DNA from: an uncultured Bdellovibrio sp.
GTDB lineage: Bacteria; Bdellovibrionota; Bdellovibrionia; Bdellovibrionales; Bdellovibrionaceae
Direction: 5' to 3'
Assembly: GCA_963932905.1 (NCBI GenBank)
Contig: CAWVRN010000053.1
Span: forward strand, 1-11,072
DNA length: 11,072 bases
Shown here: positions 1 to 7,221 of the stretch, in pieces
Numbering within the stretch: position 1 is the first letter of the stretch
Layout: every line of letters begins with the position of its first letter
The notes under the pieces: model-generated
Database searches by the model: none
Told to the model about the DNA's origin: nothing
The model's input: only the letters and a program-made list of their open reading frames with translations
Translations under genes and position numbers: made by a program

Positions 1-48
1 ACTTCTTCGAAATTTAGTTGAGCATCTTGGGCACTTTATGTGAATCAT
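1..48 (-). CDS. Partial CDS (5' end only, runs off the left edge); N-terminal CxxC zinc-ribbon-like protein
   Basis: Minus strand reads CCAGGAAACGGC-ATG, with an AGGA SD-like motif 6 nt before the ATG at 48. It translates as MIHIKCPRCSTKFRRS with no stop before the edge. CPRC at residues 6-9 resembles the first knuckle of an N-terminal zinc ribbon. Only 16 codons are visible. Confidence 0.45.
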   Translation of the reverse strand, partial: MIHIKCPRCSTKFRRS

Positions 49-85
49 GCCGTTTCCTGGGCAAGGAGTGCGCCTGAACCAAACT

Positions 86-119
86 GCCCCTCAAGCGCAG
101 ACTGAGGGGCCAGTTCTTG
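86..119 (-). repeat. Stem-loop element, copy A (related to 11019..11052)
   Basis: Minus strand: CAAGAACTGGCCCCTCAGTCTGCGCTTGAGGGGC, with stem GCCCCTCA/TGAGGGGC. It is 25/34 identical, ungapped, to 11019..11052 (+). Confidence 0.55.
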
Positions 120-227
120 TTTAGTAACTGGTATCGTTTTTGGATCTCATAGAGTTAAGGAGTGGTTTCCGCTTTGTAAACCGATATAACGGTTTATGGC
201 TAATAAAAGTGGAAACAAAGTAGACAT

Positions 228-443
228 ATGAGGATCAAAGAAGTCATCCTAATCACCATCTTTATGATCATCAATCTATTCGTTATTACCGGCATCCTAT
301 TGCAGTTAGAAAAAGACTTCAACGACAAGCCCGACTACTCCGTCGAGCGAATTATCATGCAGTCATCGGACTCGGACGGCGAGGCGATGAAGGCCCTTAA
401 AGAGAAATCGGGTCGTAAATCGCCATTCGAATACAATCAGTAG
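228..443 (+). CDS. Small hypothetical single-pass membrane protein (71 aa)
   Basis: N-terminal hydrophobic stretch VILITIFMIINLFVITGILL followed by a charged tail. Ends tail-to-tail 1 nt from the maeB stop. No clear SD. Confidence 0.6.
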   Translation: MRIKEVILITIFMIINLFVITGILLQLEKDFNDKPDYSVERIIMQSSDSDGEAMKALKEKSGRKSPFEYNQ

Positions 444-444
444 A

Positions 445-2766
445 TTAAATCCCTAAGCGTTTCGGTGAATCTGCTTTTTTCTCGCGAGCTGCCTTGATAA
501 ACTGTGCTTCCAACGTAGTCAAAACCACAGAATTAATAATTCCTTCAACCGTAGTAGTTCGTTGCAAGACGTTCGCGCTGCGACGGATTCCCATCAAGAA
601 GGGTCCAATGACTTCAACTTTTCCTAATTGCTGCATTAATTTGTAACTGATGTTCGCGCTTTCTAAATTTGGGAATACCAAAACATTGGCGCCCCCTTTG
701 ATTTCGCAGAAAGGGAAAATACGTTCTGTGATTTCGGCATTGACTGCCGCGTCGGCTTGGATATCGCCATCGATCATCAGATCGGGGCGCATTTCGCGGG
801 CAATGTCCGCCGCTTTTTTCATTTTCGCGGGAGTACCAGGTGCGGCTGTGAAATTTGAGTACGATAACATCGCTACTTTCGGTTTTTTGCCGAAGTATTC
901 AACGATACGGCTGCATTGAAGGGCGATCTTCGCCAAGTTTTCACTAGTAGGATCAAAACTCATGGTTGTATCGGCTAGCATCACAAAGCGATCGTCTGTT
1001 AATACCAAGTTGCAACCAGCAGCGACTTCATCGTGGCCAACGCCGATGATTTGCAAGATAGGTTTAACGGCATCGCCGTAATTTTGAGTCGAGCCAGTCA
1101 CCAATCCATCAGCATCGTCCATCATGACCATCATTGAAGCGAAGTAATTTGGATCGGCCATTAAGCGTTCGGCCTCTTTTAAAGTCATGCCTTTACGTTG
1201 GCGGAGTTTATAAAGTTCTTGAACGTAATCTTTGAATTTTGGATGTTGAGATGGGTGCAAGATCGCAATATTTTCTAAAGAGGTTAACTCTAGAGCTTTG
1301 ATTTTTTCACGAACACGATCTGGGTAACCGATCAAAATTGGCTCACAGATGCCTTCATCAACCAAAGTACGTAATGCTTTTAGGATTTTATTTGAAGTTC
1401 CCTCGGGGAATACGATTTTACATTTACGTCCGTCTGCGGCTGAATTAGAGCGAACGCGATTGATCGAGGAACGAATGAAAGATTTCGATGGACCTTGGAA
1501 TGATTCTAAATGATCGCGGTATTTGTTCCAGTCTTCAATTTTTCTCGTCGCTACGCCGGTGTCGATCGCTGCCTTGGCTACCGCTGGAGCTACCCACATT
1601 AGGACGCGCGTGTCGAACGGTTTAGGAATCAGATATTCGCGACCGAATTTAAAGCTCTTGCCACCATAAGTTTCCGAAACACGCTCTGGCACGTGTTCGC
1701 GGGCTAAAGCGGCTAGCGCTTTGACTGCGGCTAACTTCATTTCTTCATTGATTTGTGTCGAGCGCGTATCTAAAGCGCCACGGAAGATCGATGGGAAGCC
1801 CAAAACGTTGTTTACTTGATTTGGGAAATCGGAACGACCGGTGGCTACGATAGCATCAGGGCGAGCGGCACGCGCGGCGCCTGGCTCGATCTCGGGATCA
1901 GGATTTGCCATTGCGAAGATGATGGGATCGTGATTCATTTTCATAAGCATTTCAGGTGTCACGGCACCAGCTACCGATAACCCAACGAATACGTCGGCCC
2001 CATCCAGTGCTTCTGTGAGTGTGCGTTTTTCTGTTTCCGCCATGAAGGCATCTTTATATTTATTCATACCGGCTTTGCGGCCTTTGTAGATTACACCTTG
2101 TGAATCACACATCATCAAGTTGGAGCGTTTTACGCCTAACGAGATAAATATATTTGAACAGGCAACGGCACTGGCGCCCGCACCATTAACAACGACGCGG
2201 ATTTGTCCCATGTCTTTGCCGGTGATATGACATGCGTTTAAAAGGGCAGCACCGCTGACAATCGCTGTTCCGTGCTGATCATCGTGGAATACGGGGATGT
2301 TCATTTCTTTTTTTAGAGTCTCTTCGATTTCAAAACACTCTGGTGCTTTGATATCTTCTAGATTGATGCCGCCGAATGTAGGTTCAAGCTGTTTCACCGC
2401 TTGAATAAATTCTTTTACATCAGATGTTTTGATTTCTATGTCGAATACATCGATGCCAGCGAATTGTTTGAAGAGAACCCCTTTGCCTTCCATCACCGGT
2501 TTTGAAGCCGATGGACCAATATTGCCTAAACCTAACACGGCTGTACCGTTAGAGATAACGCCGACTAGGTTTCCTTTTGATGTATAATCGTAAACTTTTG
2601 ACTCATCTTTTGCGATCGCTTTACACGGGGCCGCTACACCTGGTGAGTAGGCTAATGAAAGGTCTTTTTCCGTTGCGCAGGGTTTGGATGAGATAACTTC
2701 AATTTTACCTGGTTTCCCTTTTGAATGGTACTCGAGTGCTTCTTGATCAAAATTAGCAGTGCTCAT
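445..2766 (-). CDS. maeB: NADP-dependent hybrid malic enzyme (malic enzyme plus C-terminal phosphotransacetylase-like domain), 773 aa
   Basis: Malic-enzyme motifs [63 protein letters not shown]-like C-terminus with [47 protein letters not shown] upstream of the ATG. Confidence 0.97.
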   Translation of the reverse strand: MSTANFDQEALEYHSKGKPGKIEVISSKPCATEKDLSLAYSPGVAAPCKAIAKDESKVYDYTSKGNLVGVISNGTAVLGLGNIGPSASKPVMEGKGVLFKQFAGIDVFDIEIKTSDVKEFIQAVKQLEPTFGGINLEDIKAPECFEIEETLKKEMNIPVFHDDQHGTAIVSGAALLNACHITGKDMGQIRVVVNGAGASAVACSNIFISLGVKRSNLMMCDSQGVIYKGRKAGMNKYKDAFMAETEKRTLTEALDGADVFVGLSVAGAVTPEMLMKMNHDPIIFAMANPDPEIEPGAARAARPDAIVATGRSDFPNQVNNVLGFPSIFRGALDTRSTQINEEMKLAAVKALAALAREHVPERVSETYGGKSFKFGREYLIPKPFDTRVLMWVAPAVAKAAIDTGVATRKIEDWNKYRDHLESFQGPSKSFIRSSINRVRSNSAADGRKCKIVFPEGTSNKILKALRTLVDEGICEPILIGYPDRVREKIKALELTSLENIAILHPSQHPKFKDYVQELYKLRQRKGMTLKEAERLMADPNYFASMMVMMDDADGLVTGSTQNYGDAVKPILQIIGVGHDEVAAGCNLVLTDDRFVMLADTTMSFDPTSENLAKIALQCSRIVEYFGKKPKVAMLSYSNFTAAPGTPAKMKKAADIAREMRPDLMIDGDIQADAAVNAEITERIFPFCEIKGGANVLVFPNLESANISYKLMQQLGKVEVIGPFLMGIRRSANVLQRTTTVEGIINSVVLTTLEAQFIKAAREKKADSPKRLGI

Positions 2767-2867
2767 AATGTTTCCTCTTAACTAATAAAAGTCCTTTTAA
2801 AAGTTTTTTATACGACTTAAGAACCTAAGATGTGGTCCCACAGCGTGAATTATTAAAATAAGGCCCT

Positions 2868-2896
2868 ATTAAAAAGGGGTTAGGCCGTCTTGTCAA
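2868..2896 (-). promoter_or_regulatory. Sigma70-type promoter candidate for maeB
   Basis: Minus strand TTGACA (2896-2891), 17 nt spacer, TTTAAT (2873-2868). Predicted start near 2861, about 95 nt upstream of the maeB ATG. Confidence 0.6.
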
Positions 2897-2908
2897 ATTG
2901 ATCTCAGA

Positions 2909-2926
2909 CTTTCAAAATTTTGAAAG
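2909..2926. promoter_or_regulatory. Perfect 18-bp palindrome, candidate transcription-factor site
   Basis: CTTTCAAAATTTTGAAAG equals its own reverse complement. It lies in the divergent intergenic region, 12 nt upstream of the maeB -35 candidate. Confidence 0.5.
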
Positions 2927-3034
2927 AAAGTTTTAACCCAACCTAAGGGCCGGGTCGTCTAATGTACATAGGTGCTTATGGATGGGCGCTTAAGGAAGAG
3001 GCAAGAATGCTTCTTAAAGATCAGGGAGGATCGC

Positions 3035-3385
3035 ATGAGACGGATTTCATTTTGGATAGCTATAATTATGATTCACAGTGGCTACAGAGTGTTGGCTTCG
3101 TCAACTGTGGACTTTAACAAGGAGATCGAAATGGTGTCACAAGATCAGTTCACTACGCACTTAAATACGCTAGAGAAAACGCGTGTGACTGAAGCGGCTG
3201 TAGACTTTGAAAACAAATACCGTAAGCCGACTCCGTCTAAAACTTTAACATTTTTTCCGTTGCGCCTGCGAATGAAGTCGCCAAAGCCAAAGACTAAAGT
3301 CGCTGACTCGACAAAACCTACGCCAGGAGTAACGGGTGAAGCGCGCACAAATTTGATACAACTCTATCGGGAGCAAGTCCTATGA
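3035..3385 (+). CDS. Hypothetical exported protein (116 aa)
   Basis: Start revised from 2972 to the in-frame ATG at 3035 because a strong SD (AGGGAGGA, 3023-3030) precedes it. N-terminus MRRISFWIAIIMIHSGYRVLA resembles a signal peptide. C-terminal half is K/P/T-rich. Confidence 0.65.
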   Translation: MRRISFWIAIIMIHSGYRVLASSTVDFNKEIEMVSQDQFTTHLNTLEKTRVTEAAVDFENKYRKPTPSKTLTFFPLRLRMKSPKPKTKVADSTKPTPGVTGEARTNLIQLYREQVL

Positions 3386-3479
3386 AGAAATCTTGAGAAC
3401 GTTGAGGGTGTGATTAATTTTCCACAGATAGTGCATACTGTCTTTTGAATGGGGGTTCATTAAAAAATTGTAAAATTCT

Positions 3480-3535
3480 ACTCCTTGGTTATCATTTTAG
3501 ATGAAGAATCTAAAAGATAACTAAGGAGTTTTTTT
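3480..3535 (+). promoter_or_regulatory. Long hairpin sequestering the thiolase SD, followed by a T7 run (terminator/attenuator-like)
   Basis: 3480-3502 pairs with 3508-3529: 22 bp with one G-U, one bulged A (3494) and a GAAGA loop. The 3' arm contains TAAGGAG (3522-3528). T run 3529-3535 abuts the ATG at 3536. Confidence 0.65.
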
Positions 3536-4891
3536 ATGTCGGGAGCTTCAAAAGCTAAATCGCCTCGTGATGTTGTTATTGTGGAGGGTTTTAGAACTCC
3601 GTTCGTAAAGTCGGGTGATAAATTTGCGGGTGTTCACCCAGCAGATTTAGGCAAGGTGGCGCTTAAAGCTGTTCTTGCAAAAACAAATTTAAATACAAAT
3701 GAAATCGATGAAGTCATTATTGGGAACACCGGAAATCCACCTGATGCCGTGAATATTTCTCGTGTGGTGGCTTTAGGTGCCGGAATTCCACAGAAGACTT
3801 CGGCGTACACAGTACATCGTAACTGTGCCTCAGCCTTAGAAAGTATTTCAAATGGATACGAGAAAATTCGTAGCGGAACAATGGATGTCATCGTTGCAGG
3901 CGGGACAGAAAACATGTCTCAGATGCCGATACTAATGCCGCAGAAATTCCAAAAAATCTTTATGGATCTTCCTCGGGCGAAAGGTCCGTCTCAAGCTCTT
4001 CCTCTGTTGTGGAAGTTGTTCAAAACTGATGTAAAGCAAATCAAAGCCATGCTCACGGGCGACACACGTAATGAATTGATGCCGACGGCGGCAGTGCTGC
4101 AGGGTTTGACAGATCCGTTTGTTGGAATCAATATGGGCCAAACAGCGGAAATTCTAGCAAAAGAGTGGGGTTTGTCACGACAAACTCAAGATGAATTTGC
4201 ATTACGTTCCCATAAGTTAGCGTCGGGTGCTAAAGAAAAACTTCGCGAAGAAATTGCGCCCGTGGCAATGGCTCCGGATTACAAAGAAACCATCATTGAT
4301 GATATCGGTCCTCGCGATAATCAAACAATCGAAGCTTTGAATAAATTAAAACCGTTTTTTGATAAAGAAACAGGAACGATCACAGCGGGTAATTCATGTC
4401 CAATCACCGATGGTGCTGCGATGATGTTATTGATGTCGCGTGAAAAAGCGGAATCACTGGGTTACAAGCCAATGGCGCGAATTTTATCTTACGGTTTTGC
4501 AGGACTAGAGCCGGAACGAATGGGATTGGGGCCAGTGTATTCAACTCCCGTGGCGCTAAAGCGCGCCGGTCTTGAGCTGAAAGATATGGGGTTAGTTGAG
4601 CTAAACGAAGCCTTCGCCGCGCAAGTATTAGCGTGTCAGAAAGCTTTCAACTCAGATGAGTTCGCTAAAAACAAATTAGGTTTGTCACAAAAAGTGGGTG
4701 AACTAAGAAATGAAATCCTAAACGTGAATGGCGGCGCGATTGCCTTGGGTCATCCGGTAGGGACAACAGGGACTCGTATCACTTTGACGTTGATGCGTGA
4801 GATGCGTCGTCGCAGTGTTCAGTTTGGCTTAGCGACACTATGTATCGGTGGCGGTCAAGGTGGATCAATCATTATCGAGAATGAAAATTAA
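3536..4891 (+). CDS. fadI: 3-ketoacyl-CoA thiolase (acetyl-CoA C-acyltransferase), FadI/FadA-type beta subunit, 451 aa
   Basis: Catalytic Cys in HRNCAS, plus NEAF, GHPVG and CIGGGQG motifs. Long insertion after GGTENMS as in FadI/trifunctional-enzyme beta subunits. SD TAAGGAG. Thiolase-then-alpha gene order matches fadIJ. The fadI versus fadA label is less certain than the thiolase call. Confidence 0.93.
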   Translation: MSGASKAKSPRDVVIVEGFRTPFVKSGDKFAGVHPADLGKVALKAVLAKTNLNTNEIDEVIIGNTGNPPDAVNISRVVALGAGIPQKTSAYTVHRNCASALESISNGYEKIRSGTMDVIVAGGTENMSQMPILMPQKFQKIFMDLPRAKGPSQALPLLWKLFKTDVKQIKAMLTGDTRNELMPTAAVLQGLTDPFVGINMGQTAEILAKEWGLSRQTQDEFALRSHKLASGAKEKLREEIAPVAMAPDYKETIIDDIGPRDNQTIEALNKLKPFFDKETGTITAGNSCPITDGAAMMLLMSREKAESLGYKPMARILSYGFAGLEPERMGLGPVYSTPVALKRAGLELKDMGLVELNEAFAAQVLACQKAFNSDEFAKNKLGLSQKVGELRNEILNVNGGAIALGHPVGTTGTRITLTLMREMRRRSVQFGLATLCIGGGQGGSIIIENEN

Positions 4892-4909
4892 ATAAGGCTG
4901 GGGATTCAA

Positions 4910-7066
4910 ATGAGCATGCAAGATAGTTTCAAAGTAAAATACAATGGTGATATCGCTACATTAGAAATGGATCTTCAAGGCGAGAAGGTAAATAAACTTT
5001 CTACCGCGGTGATGGGTCGTTTTAAAGATGTCGTTGAAGAGGTTTCGAAATCAAAAGCAAAAGTATTTATCATTAAATCACTGAAGCCAAAGATTTTCGT
5101 GGCCGGCGCTGATATTGAGGAAATAAAAAATCTTAAAACGAAAGAGGCGGTCGAAGCCGCTGTTAAAGGCGGTCAGGATATTTTCAATTTATTAGAAGAT
5201 ATGCCTCAGGTCACAATTGCATCAGTTAACGGAGCCTGTGCGGGTGGTGGTTGCGAGATGATTTTAGCGTGTGATTATAGGATTGCATCAGAAGATCCTT
5301 CGACGCGTATAGGGTTACCTGAAACCCAATTGGGAATCATTCCTGGTTTCGGTGGTTGTGTTCGATTGCCTCGCACGATTGGTATTCAAGCGGCGCTTGA
5401 TATTATTCTAGCGGGTAAATTACTCAATGGTAAAAAAGCTAAAAAAGCAGGCTTGATAGATAAATTGGTTCATCAGTCGATTTTAGAAGAAGAGACTTTG
5501 AAATGGGCGAATCAGATAATTAAAGACGGCGCGCAAAAGCGTCGTAAAGTGTTTCAGCCTCAAGGTTTGGTTGGAAAAATCTTAGAAGGTGGTTTAGGCC
5601 GCGGTATTGTTTTCAGCAAAGCAAAAGACGCAACTATGAAGGCGACGAAAGGCCACTACCCGGCGCCAATCGCAGCATTGCAAGTCGTAAAAGAAACCTA
5701 CGGAATGAATGATCGTCAAAAGGCTTTGGATATCGAAAGAAAGTATTTCGGTGAAATGGCGTTAACGGATGTTTCTAAAAATTTAATTCACGTTTTTTAT
5801 TTAACAGAAATGGTGAAAAAACAAACGGGCTTGCCGGCAGGCAGCACGGTAAAAGCAAAAGAGGTAAAAGCAGTTGGAGTGCTTGGTGCTGGAACGATGG
5901 GTGGCGGTATTGCCTACATCGGTGCGGACAAGGGTATTCACATGCGTGTGAAAGACATTAACCATGATGCGCTTAACAAAGCCTACAAACATGCCTCTGA
6001 TATTTGGGCGAAACTAGTTAAGAAAAGAGTGATCGATAAATTCCAAGCAAAACAAAAAATGGATTTAGTGTCTGGTGGTTTGGGTTATGAAGGCTTTAAA
6101 ACTTTAGATGTTGTGATTGAAGCTATTGTTGAAGACATGAATATCAAACGTAAAGTGATCGCAGAAACTGCGGCTCAAATGCGTTCTGATGCTATTATTG
6201 TGACAAACACATCATCTTTAAGTGTCACGGAAATGGGACAGGCGCATCCAAAACCAGAAAATTTTGCGGGTATGCATTTTTTCAATCCGGTAGATAAAAT
6301 GCCATTAGTGGAAGTTATCCGTGGCCCTCAATCCAGCGACGAGACTATCGCTACCATATTTGAGTTATCTAAAAAGATGGGAAAAATGCCAGTCGTTGTA
6401 AAAGACGGCCCGGGTTTCCTGGTGAATCGTTTGCTGATTCCCTACTTAAATGAAGCGACATTCATGTTCCAAGAGGGCATGGATATTAAAACGATGGATG
6501 ACTACTATGTTAAACATTTCGGTATGCCAATGGGACCTTTGGCCTTAATGGACGAAGTCGGATTAGACGTCGGTATCAAAGTGGTGAAAATCTTTAACAA
6601 AGCTTTTGGCGCCCGCGTGCAAGTTCCTGATGTGATGGAAAAAATCTCGAAATCAGGTCGCCTAGGTAAAAAGAACGGAAAAGGCTTCTATAAATACTCA
6701 GCAGAAGGCAAACGCTTGGAGCCGGATGAAACAATGTACGCAGATATGGGATTGCAAACGCCTACGAATCCATTAACGGAAAAAGAATGCATCGAACGCG
6801 GTGTATTCTCGATGATCAACGAGTGTGCGTCGGCATTGTACGAAGATCGCATCGTGGATACGCCGGACGAAGTCGATTTAGCCATGATTATGGGCACAGG
6901 TTTTCCTCCGTTCCGTGGTGGATTGTGTCGTTACGCTGACAGTGTCGGTTCACAAAATGTGGCTAACGCTCTGGAGCAATACTCGATGCAAAGAAATGCC
7001 CCTCGTTTAAAACCGATGGGAGCATTGAATGCTATGGCGAAAGAGAATAAGAAGTTTTATAAATAA
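4910..7066 (+). CDS. fadJ: Fatty-acid oxidation complex alpha subunit (enoyl-CoA hydratase / 3-hydroxyacyl-CoA dehydrogenase), 718 aa
   Basis: Crotonase motifs FVAGADI, GGGCEMILACDYRIA and GLPETQLGIIPGFGG. Rossmann motif GVLGAGTMGGGIA. HAD motifs TNTSSL, GMHFFNP and PGFLVNR. Starts 18 nt after the thiolase stop, with a GGGGA SD. The fadJ versus fadB label is less certain than the product call. Confidence 0.95.
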   Translation: MSMQDSFKVKYNGDIATLEMDLQGEKVNKLSTAVMGRFKDVVEEVSKSKAKVFIIKSLKPKIFVAGADIEEIKNLKTKEAVEAAVKGGQDIFNLLEDMPQVTIASVNGACAGGGCEMILACDYRIASEDPSTRIGLPETQLGIIPGFGGCVRLPRTIGIQAALDIILAGKLLNGKKAKKAGLIDKLVHQSILEEETLKWANQIIKDGAQKRRKVFQPQGLVGKILEGGLGRGIVFSKAKDATMKATKGHYPAPIAALQVVKETYGMNDRQKALDIERKYFGEMALTDVSKNLIHVFYLTEMVKKQTGLPAGSTVKAKEVKAVGVLGAGTMGGGIAYIGADKGIHMRVKDINHDALNKAYKHASDIWAKLVKKRVIDKFQAKQKMDLVSGGLGYEGFKTLDVVIEAIVEDMNIKRKVIAETAAQMRSDAIIVTNTSSLSVTEMGQAHPKPENFAGMHFFNPVDKMPLVEVIRGPQSSDETIATIFELSKKMGKMPVVVKDGPGFLVNRLLIPYLNEATFMFQEGMDIKTMDDYYVKHFGMPMGPLALMDEVGLDVGIKVVKIFNKAFGARVQVPDVMEKISKSGRLGKKNGKGFYKYSAEGKRLEPDETMYADMGLQTPTNPLTEKECIERGVFSMINECASALYEDRIVDTPDEVDLAMIMGTGFPPFRGGLCRYADSVGSQNVANALEQYSMQRNAPRLKPMGALNAMAKENKKFYK

Positions 7067-7091
7067 AGTTTCTGCTTAAATTTGGAATCGT

Positions 7092-7125
7092 AAAGAGCCA
7101 ATCCTCATAGATTGGCTCTTTTTTT
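7092..7125 (+). terminator. Rho-independent terminator of the fad operon
   Basis: AAAGAGCCAATC-CTCATA-GATTGGCTCTTT followed by TTTT: a perfect 12-bp stem, 6-nt loop and T7 run, 25 nt after the fadJ stop. Confidence 0.92.
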
Positions 7126-7221
7126 GTTTGAAGTGCATAACTGGTCAAACTTTGATGCGCCGGGTACCAGAATGTTAGGAGGTGCCTTTTTCTGCTAATG
7201 TCTATAGATGGGGGTATCCGA

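Noticed and set aside
129..144. TGGTATCGTTTTTGGA as a sigma54 -24/-12 promoter
   Set aside because: Spacing is right, but the -12 GC is GG and the -24 box is degenerate, so it is too weak to call.
121..150. Minus-strand mini-ORF MRSKNDTSY-stop ending just before hairpin copy A
   Set aside because: Nine codons with no SD, so it is probably chance.
650..919. 89-aa plus-strand ORF
   Set aside because: Antisense shadow inside maeB, with no SD or recognisable motif.
2972..3034. 21-codon N-terminal extension of the 137-aa ORF from GTG 2972
   Set aside because: The strong SD and signal-peptide-like sequence point to ATG 3035.
3145..3348. 67-aa minus-strand ORF
   Set aside because: Antisense to the better-supported 3035..3385 gene.
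3418..3426. TTTTCCACA, matching the DnaA-box consensus TTWTNCACA
   Set aside because: Single box with no cluster or origin-associated genes, so it is plausibly chance.
3634..6897. Minus-strand ORFs 3634..3915, 3932..4141, 5801..5992 and 6688..6897
   Set aside because: Antisense shadows of the conserved fadI and fadJ coding sequences.
7172..7200. TAGGAGGTG SD-like motif and mini-ORF MLGGAFFC-stop overlapping ATG 7198 (TAATG)
   Set aside because: The SD lies about 15 nt from ATG 7198, too far for normal initiation, and the mini-ORF has no SD of its own. ATG 7222 is the simpler start.
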